Positions 35,005-45,500 of a stretch of 64,000 bases of DNA are shown one piece after another. The stretch lies in the IMG/VR virus record IMGVR_UViG_3300027419_000027, positions 1-64,000 of that record, one strand, 5' to 3'. Under the pieces are notes generated by a model. The model saw nothing but the letters and a program-made list of their open reading frames with translations, searched no databases and was not told where the DNA came from. The translations under genes and the position numbers were made by a program. This stretch comes from a virus (Duplodnaviria; Caudoviricetes). The first letter of the stretch is position 1; each line of letters starts with the position of its first letter.

Positions 35005-37644
35005 ATGAGCGTAACGAAGCCACCGGCAGTAGATCCCGGCCCTCAGACCGAGATTTGGCAGCCGCAGATGATTTCGCCATACAACGCGGGCTGGTGGGCG
35101 ACTCAGACTGTCTCGAATGTCCCAAAAGAGTCCGTTGGGTGGATGCTTGCAACCAGCTGGATAGTTACCGGCATCACTTACGACGAGACGGTAACGCCCA
35201 AAGAACCGTACTACGCGATGACGCGGCAGGGTGTGCAGACATCGAACATCCTCTATTCTCTCCTGGACGCTTACACGACCGAGTACAACAAGGCGTTGGA
35301 CGCAAACGCCACTCGCTACAATGACGTTCTTACCGGATGGGTCAATCTTGTCAACGGTGCCTACGCCCACATGGATAACGAGGTGGCCGAGCAGAATGCC
35401 CATACGGTTCTGTTCCTCGCGTCCATGCACGACTACATGGGCATCGTGGATACGATGATCGACGCGAACCAAAGCACTTTGGTGACGGAAGCTGAAGGTG
35501 CCTCAACAGCCTTGTCGGAACTCAACGTCAAGCTGGACGACTTGGAGGCCAACGTAAACACCAACACGTCCACTATCGAAGGGTTGTTGAGCGATCAGGC
35601 TAATTATCTCAGCGAGTTCCTGATGGATTTCGCTGCGGAACTGGCTGAACTGGATACCAATTACGCCAATCACCTGGCCGACATCGAGCCGCTCCTGACA
35701 AACGCGACATCGCAACTGGCGACGTTTATTTCGGATCAGGCTACGGAACTGGCTGCATTGGAGGACGAACAGACAGATACCAGAGCGACCATCGAAACGC
35801 TACTTACCGGCGAAGCTACGTCGCTCGCTGAACATCTGGCAGACCACGCCGCCAAACTGGAAGAACCGGGTACGCATGGCGACACCACGCGAACGAACGT
35901 AGAGTCGCTGATCGACGACAAAACATCGGCACTGGCAGAATTCCTGACCGATTACGCCGCGGCAATCGCACTTCTGGCGACCGACTTCACAGATCACCAA
36001 GCTGATGCGCTTGGAAAGCAGACAGACGCCCTCGAGGCACTGACCAACCATATCAGCGATTACGAAGACCAGTTGCTGATTCTGGAGGCCAACTATACGT
36101 CGCACGCGAGCGTTCTGGACGATCTGTTGGCGGCCGCGTCAACCAATGTGGGCACGTTCGTCACTGACGTGGGGGATCTACTGGAAATTCTTCTGTCCGA
36201 CTATTCGACAGTGTCCGCAGATATTGACGACGTGCTGACCAGCGCTATGTCTGCGTTTGAAGACCACAATGTCGACTACAGCGCGGTCTTGGAGTTACTG
36301 GAGTCGGACTACAACACGCACTCGCCGATAGCCACGGCGTTTCTGACCGACCTCGGCGTGACCGAATTAGCTCGAATCAACGAGAAGTTTGCGGCATCGC
36401 TATCAACGCAGCTTCAGCAGTTGACCGACCGCGGACTGTATTCGAGTGTCATCGCAACAGACATCACAGCCAGAAACACGCGGGATCTCAACGAAGAAAT
36501 TGTTGCCCTGAACGATCGGTTGAACCGGGAAAAATGGGAAAATCAGCACCGACTGTACGGGCAGCAATTCGAGGTGCGGACTCGAACTCTGGACGGAAAG
36601 GACCGTTTGCACACAGTCCACCAGGAGATACTTCGCTATAAGGCATCCCAGGTGACCGGCGTCTATGGACTGCTGCAAGAGGCGCGTAATCGCACGCTGG
36701 CCGGCAAGCAGGCGATCCTTGGCGCCCAGGACGCCAATTCCCGGCTGGGAATCGAGGTTCAGTCAGGGCTCTATGCCAAGATGCAGGATGTCCGTGTGCG
36801 ACTGCTTGAATCGGCCGACCGCGTCTACCAATTGCGAGACGCTTTGACGAAATGGAGCACTGACGAATTGCATCGCATCTACGGCGAGCAGCTTCAGACT
36901 CGACTGAAGGCTGCCGATGCAGAAGATCGGCAACATGCGGTCGAACAGGAGGTTTCGGCGAGCATTGCAACCTACCGAATGCAGTTGCATGACCAGTTGA
37001 TGAACGAGGTGCGGATCGTTCTGGATGGCCTGGACCGCGAACGGGCGGCGACTTCCGACGTAGCCAAACTCACGATCGGGACGCAGGAGCGACTATTCGC
37101 AGCGGTGCAGTCCGTTCTGGGCCAGCTACTCGACGGGATCGAGAAGAAACACGGTTTGTCAGTGGACGTGTGGCGGGCCGAGGCGACCCAGCGGGACAGG
37201 CTTCTGGAGCAGATCCAGCAGATCGAGATGCAGCAGGCGGCTGGAGTCGAGAAACAGCACGCTGCCCAGCAGGATATTTCGCGGATTGCCATGGGCGAGC
37301 GTGACGCCCTGCTGGGACAGCTTCAGGACGCCGTCAAGGGCGTTCTGGATGGCAAGGCACGTTATTCCGACATGACGGTCCAGCACGCTTCGACGATGGC
37401 AGAACACCGCCACAGGGCGATTGTCGAGAAGATGAACGAAGCCGCCGTAAGGCTTTCCGGGCTGAGCGAAAAGCACGCCGAGGACATGAAGCTCATGGCG
37501 TACCAGTTCGATGCCCGTAATCAGCTCTACCTCGGGTTTTATGCTTACGTCGAGAGGCGAGAAGACGAGTACCCCGCGTTCGAGTCACTGACGCAGTTGG
37601 CGACCGGCTTGGCGGACTCCGGCGGTGGGTGGTTGACACCATGA
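35005..37644 (+). CDS. helical repeat protein (36-aa period), possible ejection or ruler protein
   Basis: two blocks of 36-aa repeats. Confidence 0.7.
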   Translation: MSVTKPPAVDPGPQTEIWQPQMISPYNAGWWATQTVSNVPKESVGWMLATSWIVTGITYDETVTPKEPYYAMTRQGVQTSNILYSLLDAYTTEYNKALDANATRYNDVLTGWVNLVNGAYAHMDNEVAEQNAHTVLFLASMHDYMGIVDTMIDANQSTLVTEAEGASTALSELNVKLDDLEANVNTNTSTIEGLLSDQANYLSEFLMDFAAELAELDTNYANHLADIEPLLTNATSQLATFISDQATELAALEDEQTDTRATIETLLTGEATSLAEHLADHAAKLEEPGTHGDTTRTNVESLIDDKTSALAEFLTDYAAAIALLATDFTDHQADALGKQTDALEALTNHISDYEDQLLILEANYTSHASVLDDLLAAASTNVGTFVTDVGDLLEILLSDYSTVSADIDDVLTSAMSAFEDHNVDYSAVLELLESDYNTHSPIATAFLTDLGVTELARINEKFAASLSTQLQQLTDRGLYSSVIATDITARNTRDLNEEIVALNDRLNREKWENQHRLYGQQFEVRTRTLDGKDRLHTVHQEILRYKASQVTGVYGLLQEARNRTLAGKQAILGAQDANSRLGIEVQSGLYAKMQDVRVRLLESADRVYQLRDALTKWSTDELHRIYGEQLQTRLKAADAEDRQHAVEQEVSASIATYRMQLHDQLMNEVRIVLDGLDRERAATSDVAKLTIGTQERLFAAVQSVLGQLLDGIEKKHGLSVDVWRAEATQRDRLLEQIQQIEMQQAAGVEKQHAAQQDISRIAMGERDALLGQLQDAVKGVLDGKARYSDMTVQHASTMAEHRHRAIVEKMNEAAVRLSGLSEKHAEDMKLMAYQFDARNQLYLGFYAYVERREDEYPAFESLTQLATGLADSGGGWLTP

Positions 37645-37693
37645 TATAGGTATAACCCGTAACGATTACTAGCGTTTTCAAGGAGTATAACAG

Positions 37694-38215
37694 ATGTCGT
37701 TCGACAAGACGCCCACGAATTGGTTTGAGAGTTGGTCTGAAGACGGAACGTACATTACCGTTCCACTTGCAACCTTTCCAGAGATGTCTGCCGCGGACGC
37801 AGACGCAGCGACTGGCGATATTCGCAAGATCATGTTTGCGATTCTGGAGAAGTTCTACAGCGTTTACTTGGCGACGGCGACCGCTGATCGACCAGTCAAG
37901 CTGACGGTCACAAAGACCGCGACCGCAGACATGGTGCGTAGCGTGATCAAAAGCCGTTACGTATTCACCTGCGAGACGGATATTAGCGCACAGGAGGTTC
38001 GGGAAGAGTCATCGAGCAGTCCGTCCTCTTCGGTTTCGAATACCCCGTCTGCCACGCCATCCGCTACGGTTTCGAGTACACCGTCTGCTACGGTTTCGAG
38101 TACACCGTCTGCTACGCCTTCCGCGTCGGTGTCGAACACGCCGTCGAGCACGCCGTCCTCGTCTGTTTCGAATACGCCTTCTGCAACGCCATCGAGTTCG
38201 CCGTCAGCCACATGA
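37694..38215 (+). CDS. structural protein with a long mucin-like Ser/Thr/Pro tail
   Basis: C-terminal S(N/S)TPSA(T/S)(V/P) repeats; ends SPSAT. Confidence 0.8.
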   Translation: MSFDKTPTNWFESWSEDGTYITVPLATFPEMSAADADAATGDIRKIMFAILEKFYSVYLATATADRPVKLTVTKTATADMVRSVIKSRYVFTCETDISAQEVREESSSSPSSSVSNTPSATPSATVSSTPSATVSSTPSATPSASVSNTPSSTPSSSVSNTPSATPSSSPSAT

Positions 38216-39351
38216 CATTCCGCAAACGTCGCAACCCAACGCCCGGATTCAAACTCCCTCCACCGTATGAACCGCTGGAGGGAATCAGAGCACCGCTCAA
38301 GACAGAGGGTGTGTTTCCATACTGCGCCATGTACCAAGTGGCGGAAGAGGACACAGAAGACGACTACGTCCTCTGTCGCGGGTTCGACGTGCGCGTCAAC
38401 AAGTTCATCGACTACGAGAAGGACAACCCGAACAAGCCCGGAATTCCCGTAGCGAAACCTTACGGACAGCGTGGCTCGGGGTGTTACTCGGTGGGGCAGA
38501 TATTCGCGGCAATGTTGCCGCTCCAGACGCCCAACGCGAGTCCAACTGCCGTAGAGTGGCGGGTCGGGCAGAATCCTGGTGTAGCCGAAACGTCGACCGG
38601 GCATCCGACCGACCTGGAAGAAAAGGTTGACGAGCTGCACACGGAGGAAAACAAGGCCATCAACTGGATGTTCATCCAGTCGCCTGGGATGCAGGTCATT
38701 GAAATTACGCACATCACACACACGAGCCCTTCCTTCGACATGAAGAATTACGGTGTGTGTTTGGGCAAGTACGTCTCATTCGATACGGAATTGGAATGGA
38801 ATGAGACGTATAAGAAGGGATCGGGAGAAATACTGAGCTACGTTCCTGACGACGATCTCGTCGAGGATGTCGAGAAGCGATACATCTTCATCGGTTTCGT
38901 TGACCAGAGCAAGGCTGGTGTTCCCGGCCAACGGTACTTCGCCATGCCGTACGGGACCAAGACGTGCGGAGAATTAACACGCCCGTTGGTCATGGTCGAA
39001 GGAGGGACGCCTGTGGCGTGCGTCCTGGCAGAGGACCATCCTGGCTGCGGCGTGGTGTTCGATGTCTGGATTGCCCCGCGATGGGACATCGAAATGGACA
39101 GCAGTAACGGCGACTGGGATCTGAGTCATTCCACTGCAATTTGGGACATCAAGGGTTGTGACGACGAAACCTACGGCGTGGTGAAGTTCAAGGCGATCGA
39201 CAAGCGAAAGGGAGTTCCGGAGCCTTTGAAGTACGCGACTGGTCTGTTTGCTCCGAGAGTGAGCAAGGCGTACGGAATTATCCTGGAAGTCATCGAACTC
39301 GACTGCGAGTCTCCAGGCGGCTGCTACTTCTGCGAGGAGCCAGTGGCATGA
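38212..39351 (+). CDS. tail-region protein
   Basis: ATGA overlap; GIPVAKPY motif. Confidence 0.65.
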   Translation: MTFRKRRNPTPGFKLPPPYEPLEGIRAPLKTEGVFPYCAMYQVAEEDTEDDYVLCRGFDVRVNKFIDYEKDNPNKPGIPVAKPYGQRGSGCYSVGQIFAAMLPLQTPNASPTAVEWRVGQNPGVAETSTGHPTDLEEKVDELHTEENKAINWMFIQSPGMQVIEITHITHTSPSFDMKNYGVCLGKYVSFDTELEWNETYKKGSGEILSYVPDDDLVEDVEKRYIFIGFVDQSKAGVPGQRYFAMPYGTKTCGELTRPLVMVEGGTPVACVLAEDHPGCGVVFDVWIAPRWDIEMDSSNGDWDLSHSTAIWDIKGCDDETYGVVKFKAIDKRKGVPEPLKYATGLFAPRVSKAYGIILEVIELDCESPGGCYFCEEPVA

Positions 39352-40445
39352 GCAGAAGATGTTGCTGCAAAGGTTGCGAAGTAGTCATCGACAACTTCGA
39401 GCGATACAACCCGGATGCTGTCGCCGGATGGACTGAAGAGGATGGCGATTCGTCTGTTGAAAATCTGAGGTTGGTCGTACCTGCTGGTGGCAAGATCATC
39501 AACAATACTCCGAACACTCGCGGCGGTCGGCAGGTAGTATATGTTGATTTCTGGGATCCTCAGATAGGCGACATCTACCATATTTACGTCAACTCGCACA
39601 ACAACGGAACTCCATCGCCTTACGTGGCGATCGAAGTGCTTTCGATCTCTGAGGCTGAAGTCACGTTGTACGCGTCTGATGATAGTGTAATCGAATCGCG
39701 AACTGTGATATGGGTAGGTTCCGCTGACAACGCTCTATGCGAGAACGTAACTGTCTGCATCACAGAAGATTACTTCCTGTGCATCCTCGGTTCATGCGGA
39801 GATCCTACATCGCTGATCTGGACCGACCAATCGCCTTATGACGCCGCCGGAAGATACGCAGGTCTTGGAAGCGGAGCCAATGAAATAGAATTCGACAATT
39901 TCGAGTTCTGGGCACACTTCTACGACGACCCGGAATGTCCAGAGTGCTTTTGCGTATGCTACGATCCGAACGGTGCAACGTGGAACGAGAAGGTAGCTGT
40001 CCCGCCGAAGGAACTAACGCTCACGTTCGTGAATACCACGGGTGGATGCGTGACACTAGAGGGCAAGACGATCACGTTGACGTACCAATACCCAACAGAG
40101 ACGTTTACGTCACCTCAGTGGAACAGCACAGACGATCCGTATGCGTTGCAGGCGTGTTTCAGTAACTGGTTTCAGGTACAGTTGACTTGTGCTGACTACC
40201 CATCGGGGTGTCAAAACTGGGAATTGTCGTGGCAGACGACGTGCAACGATCATATCGAAGACGCCTACGATGTGCAGTTTGGGGTGAACCCTGAAATAAA
40301 GATCCCAAACATAGCGACTACGCCGTGCACCTGCGAGCCGTTATACCTACTGTACGGTCCGTGGGACTTGACGTGGGACGACATGCTGTGTGGATGTTGC
40401 GGAGGCGCCAACCCTGGAACGTACATGATAGAAATCACGGAGTAG
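39348..40445 (+). CDS. Cys-rich tail-region protein
   Basis: CCC, CPECFCVC, CTC and CGCC clusters. Confidence 0.7.
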   Translation: MSRRCCCKGCEVVIDNFERYNPDAVAGWTEEDGDSSVENLRLVVPAGGKIINNTPNTRGGRQVVYVDFWDPQIGDIYHIYVNSHNNGTPSPYVAIEVLSISEAEVTLYASDDSVIESRTVIWVGSADNALCENVTVCITEDYFLCILGSCGDPTSLIWTDQSPYDAAGRYAGLGSGANEIEFDNFEFWAHFYDDPECPECFCVCYDPNGATWNEKVAVPPKELTLTFVNTTGGCVTLEGKTITLTYQYPTETFTSPQWNSTDDPYALQACFSNWFQVQLTCADYPSGCQNWELSWQTTCNDHIEDAYDVQFGVNPEIKIPNIATTPCTCEPLYLLYGPWDLTWDDMLCGCCGGANPGTYMIEITE

Positions 40446-40635
40446 TGTAGTATGCGTCAGTCCTGGCGTTGAAGTCAGCCAGCATATCGCGATTCCTCTC
40501 ACGATACTCGGCCTGGACTTGTGACTCCTCATAAACGACAAGCGACTGATAGGCTTTTGTACCCACGGATGCTATCACGACTACCCAGACTACTGCCAGA
40601 AAAAGAAGACAACTAAGGCGATTTTTTTTACTCAT
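40435..40635 (-). CDS. small membrane protein on the opposite strand
   Basis: GGAG RBS; hydrophobic N-terminal helix. Confidence 0.45.
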   Translation of the reverse strand: MSKKNRLSCLLFLAVVWVVVIASVGTKAYQSLVVYEESQVQAEYRERNRDMLADFNARTDAYYTTP

Positions 40636-41110
40636 GGAAATCTCCAATAACTGCGAATGCAACATACATGGTGGAGGCTACTGCCAGCGGCACGGCGTCA
40701 CGAAAAGTAAACGGCTGGTCGAGTTGTGCAATACCAAAATTCGATACTGGCAGGCGTGGGAGGCTGGCAGAGGTCCACGGCAAGGGCAGTGGCCTCCGTT
40801 CGTCCAGCCGCCACCAGTAGTCGGCGGTCCAGGCACTGAACTGAAGGCAATTATAGCATGGTGGCAAAAGAGATTTCCATGGTTCGACCTGTCGCCAAGG
40901 AAAGGCTGCGGATGCTGGGCAACGGCAAAGCGGATGGATCAGCTTGGACCTGACGGTTGCGAGAAGAACATGGACAAAATCCTCGACAAGCTGGAGTTTG
41001 AGGCGAGGCAGCGGAACCTGTCGATCCCCTTCCAGAGGTATTTTGCGAAGAAACTCGTGCGGCAGGCGATCCGCAGATCACGAAATAAGGAGCGAGTAAA
41101 TGCCCATTAA
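40634..41110 (+). CDS. Cys-containing GPGTELK-family phage protein
   Basis: CEC...YCQRH, GPGTELK, CGC...MD..G.DGC...L..EA..R motifs. Confidence 0.75.
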   Translation: MEISNNCECNIHGGGYCQRHGVTKSKRLVELCNTKIRYWQAWEAGRGPRQGQWPPFVQPPPVVGGPGTELKAIIAWWQKRFPWFDLSPRKGCGCWATAKRMDQLGPDGCEKNMDKILDKLEFEARQRNLSIPFQRYFAKKLVRQAIRRSRNKERVNAH

Positions 41111-42509
41111 ATTCAAATACCAGCCGGCGGGTGCGATTGTTGGATTGGCTGCGTATGCGGCTGGGCAAAGCAAGGCGAGGGAGCGGGCCTTGTCTGGGGC
41201 CTTGTCTGGACGGCGATACCCTCGCACTTCACAGGCAGACACGGAAGAAATCGGCGGCCGGTGGGTCGATCCGCTGGACCAATTCGAGGGTCCGGACGAG
41301 GCGTTGCAGCAGGCGAGGATTCAGCAGCGGGCCCAGATGAAGGCTGTTGGCAGAGATCCTGGTCGGGCACAGCGATACGGTTCGAACAATCTGCTTCCTA
41401 GGTGGCAATCCGGCGCCCAGGTCAAACAGATACAGGAAGCTCAGAAGGAGGCGACCGAACAAGCGACCAAACAAGCGGGCGAAGTCCGGACGGATACTCG
41501 CGCGTGGCGCCGGGCGCAACTGTCGTCGATGTTCAGCGACTTGCCAAAGATTCCAGAGCATACGGAAGGGGATGACCGACGCCGTCTGGAAGGTCTGCTG
41601 AGAGACATCAACAAGGCGCGATACTCCCGAGATCTCGATCCGACAGACGACGACAAATTCGATCAAGTTGCTGCGTTGGTTAAGGAATATAATGAAGCGG
41701 TAGGTGCAGTTCCGCCGGCCAATCCGAATCAATACGGGTATGTGCTCAACCCAGAAACGAAGAAGCTGGAACCTGCTGGCGAGCAAATGGCGGAATATGA
41801 ATGGAAACCTGGAATGACATCACCTGTGGAGACAGAGTGGTTCAGGAATAAGAGGGCGGAAGATGCGGCAAAGGCGGAACTGGACAGGACAAGGGCAGAC
41901 GCGGCAGAAAAGGAACGAAAGGCCGCTGATGCGGCGGCATTCAAAGAACGGAAGGATGTCATAAAAGGATACTATGACAAGTTAGTCCCAACCATAGGAT
42001 CAAAGTCGACTGGTATAGGGCCTAAGCCACCGGCAACCACTGCGGAAGCGATGGCTACGGCGACCCTACAGGCCGAAGAATATTTCAAGGCCACGTCGGC
42101 GGCTCCTGGCACACCGCCTGGTACGCCAGGAGCCGCTCCTGGTGGAAGCCCCGCGGCCCCTTCCGGCCCGGTACAAATGGGCCCAGATGGCATAGCAAGC
42201 CCGGCGCCCGAACCAATTACCCTTCAGCCAGCCCCGCCATCGAACACGTACCCACAAGACGACGCACGGAGACCAGCGGAACCGACGTCGAATCCCGCAA
42301 GCCCAGCCACAGCGGTGCCTGCTGGGTCAAATGGCCAACCTGTAGATCGGATTGTGCCGACGACGGCGGCGCCACCGCAAATAGCGACAGATCCGGGAAG
42401 GCGGTCAGGTAATTCATCGGCAGTCGATCGCGCCATCGCCGCGGCGCGTGCAGGCGACCAAGCCGCAAGGCGCTCTCTTGAAAGCAGGGGAATTCCATGG
42501 CAACAGTAG
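41100..42509 (+). CDS. internal virion/ejection protein (Ala/Pro/Gln-rich)
   Basis: precedes the giant protein; helical core and Pro-rich tail. Confidence 0.65.
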   Translation: MPIKFKYQPAGAIVGLAAYAAGQSKARERALSGALSGRRYPRTSQADTEEIGGRWVDPLDQFEGPDEALQQARIQQRAQMKAVGRDPGRAQRYGSNNLLPRWQSGAQVKQIQEAQKEATEQATKQAGEVRTDTRAWRRAQLSSMFSDLPKIPEHTEGDDRRRLEGLLRDINKARYSRDLDPTDDDKFDQVAALVKEYNEAVGAVPPANPNQYGYVLNPETKKLEPAGEQMAEYEWKPGMTSPVETEWFRNKRAEDAAKAELDRTRADAAEKERKAADAAAFKERKDVIKGYYDKLVPTIGSKSTGIGPKPPATTAEAMATATLQAEEYFKATSAAPGTPPGTPGAAPGGSPAAPSGPVQMGPDGIASPAPEPITLQPAPPSNTYPQDDARRPAEPTSNPASPATAVPAGSNGQPVDRIVPTTAAPPQIATDPGRRSGNSSAVDRAIAAARAGDQAARRSLESRGIPWQQ

Positions 42510-45500
42510 ACTGGGAATCGGAACTGACTGCCGAAGTTGGTCCACCTCTACAAGGCGGCCAATCGACAGCGATTGACTGGGAAGCGGAATTGGCCGCTGA
42601 ACTCGGACCACCGCCCGTTCTCCGGGCTGAACCACAACCGCAACAGCAACCCACTCCGCAGCAACCGGCTCCCGAACAGCCAGTGGCCAAAGTCGAGCAG
42701 GCATCGCTTGGTTCGTCCGCCATGTCGCCCCGAGAAGAACCCCAGAAGCCGCCGCAAGTATTCGACTTTGAGGGAACCACTTACTCGGCACCGTCCGACT
42801 GGTCGCCTGAAACGATTTCCAGGTGGCTCAACAAATACGCGATACCCGACACTCGCCGCAATCTGACCCGAGAACGTGCCGGAGGTCGATCCCAGTATTT
42901 CGATTCCGAACGCGAACAGAAACTCCGGACGTCAACGCCGGTTGGTCAGCAGGGGCTGAAGGAGTGGGCTGAGTACCTGTCGGGCGAGGACGCCGAGGGC
43001 AAGCCCATCGTCGTGAAGCCTGAAGATGTGACCCCACAGGCTATGGCCGAGGTCGTCAAGGCGTACAAGCAGCAAGCGGAAGAATCGGCCAAGGCGACAG
43101 ACATTAACCCGGTGAAGATGCGAGAGCTTAACGAAGACATCGCGTCCCTGGAGCGGGATCTGGAGCGACGATGGCCAAACGAGACGACAGCCGAGAGCGT
43201 CAAGAGGCAAATCGTCGACAAGATGACCGACAAGGAGGTACTCGAAGGAGCGAAGAAGCGCGGCGCGAAGGAAAGAATCACGGCCGATGCCGCACGGCAG
43301 ATGATCGTCGAGGAACGAGTCAAGGGCCGGACTCCGCAGCAGGTAGCTGCCGATGAGGCGATTCTGAATTCCAGGCCGGGATACGTCGCCAGGAAGAACC
43401 AGCCGAAGGAAGCGTTCTGGGCAGAGAACCTTTTGCGAGAATACCAGCAGAAATACGGAGACGAGATCCCTCGCGACAAGAAGCCTGCGTTCGACAACGC
43501 CAACAAAGCCTACGATGCGTGGCTGAAGAGCAGCCCCAATGGCGCCGAGGAAGGATTCGACGACTGGAGACGGAGTGCAAAAAGTCGTTCGATACTGCAC
43601 CCCGAGGAACAAAAGCAACTGGAGGAACAGAAGCGAGATCCGCAAAATCGGCAACGCTACAACAACCTGTCGGAAGCGATGGTGGCTTACCACGCCTACA
43701 ACACGGGCGACTTGGATGTCGTGCCCTATCTCTTGAAGCGGATCCCGTTTGCAGGAACGGCGGTCGAGGCTGCCGATCTTCTGTCGCTCCGCAATGCCGT
43801 CAAGAACATCGAAGCCAAAAAGGCGACCGATTCGGATTGGTTCACTCTTGCGGGGGCGATCGACGCTGCGGAAAAGAGCAAGGACAGAGGATTTGGCAGG
43901 AAAGTCTTCGATCTGGTATCGCAGCTTCCCGCGATGGGTGTTGAATTCACCATGACCGGCGGTGGATTCACGGCAGCGCGCGCCGGGGCCAGGAAGCTCG
44001 CCGCGCAAGTGCTTGGAAAGCAGCTTCTGCGTCGTGCGGTTCCCAGGATGGCCGTCAAGGCAGCCGGATTCGCGGCTGGCGTGGCTGGCCGAACAGCTCT
44101 CAATGCACCGCTGGTAGCGGCCAAGGTATCTGAGAAGTGGATGCCGGAATACGATCTGACGCGAGACGAGACTGGTCAGCTTACGGCTGCCATCACGGGT
44201 GACGATCCGTCCTTCCTGGAGGCCCTGGGAAAGGGATTTGGGGCAGCCTACATAGAGATGGGATCCGAGGAAGCCGGGCGCCTCATCGGGATCGGCGGCA
44301 AGGCCTTAGCACAAAGCGCGGTCGGTCAGGCGTTGGCAAAGATTCCGCTGGCCCAGCGTACCATGGCCTTGAAAGCCGCCGTGCTCAACCGTTTCCTTGC
44401 AAAGGGCGGCACTGCCGCAAAAGCCAGGGAGATCCTCGACAAGGCCGGATGGAATGGCATGATCGGCGAGGTGTTCGAGGAACGTGTGGCGGACGTTGCT
44501 GGCGGTGTGACTGGTATCGAAAAGGACTATGGCACCACAGGAAAATTGCTCGCCAATGATCCAGAGGGGTGGGAACAGTTGGGCGTCGAGGCGCTGTCGT
44601 TCTCGGCGATTCCCATTGGGCAGACCGTCTTGTCGGCCGCAGATGCTGCAATGGCGCCGAAGGATACCAGGGGGCCTGTCGCTACACGAGAACCGGTCAG
44701 TACGCCCAGGGCACAGACTGAATTGGAAAAGCTGCGTCAGATCGTGGCGAAAGGGTGGGTAACGGTTGAGGAGGCGAATGATGCCGGTCTGTCCGGTCAG
44801 AACCGAGGCTCGCGAAAGGCGGCAGTACAAGCACGCATCCAACAACTCGAACAGGAGATTTCCGATGCCGAGAAAGTACCTAGCGATCAAGTCGTCCCTG
44901 AAGAAGCAGGGCAAGTCGGAGAACGAGTCCCAGCGGATAGCCTCGGCGACATTCGTGGGCCAGGGCAAGAGCAAGTCGGAGCGCAGCCGGCGGGCGAAGT
45001 CGCTGAAACACAAGTAGAGCCCGAAACTCCGGACATCGCTGAATTGAAGCGAATGGATCCCAAGGAGATCGAACAGATGTGGCTGGCTACCTTCCCTGGC
45101 GGGGAGTTCATGCCAACCGACGTGGACGAACAGATTCAGCAGATCGCGAAGGCGTGGGGAGGCGAGAAACAGAAGACTACCCCGTCTGCTGCCGATTTGA
45201 ACACCTTTGCCGATGAACTCGAACAGGAGAAACAAGATGCCGAACTGGTGGCTGATCAACCTGGTGCGGTGGCTCCGGATGTGGGACCGCCCGCAGGACC
45301 AGTGGCCGATGGAACGGACAGTGCACTACCGATCGCACCCGCCCCGAGCGTTTCGGAACCGGCGGATGTTGCAGCCCAACCCGAGGGACGGGAGGGAGTA
45401 GGGCAGGCAGGGAAGCATGAATTCTCGTCCACGCAAGTTAATCTTCCCAAAGCTATCGCAGACGAGATTGTGTCTGCCAGCCAACTGATCGACGAAGCTG

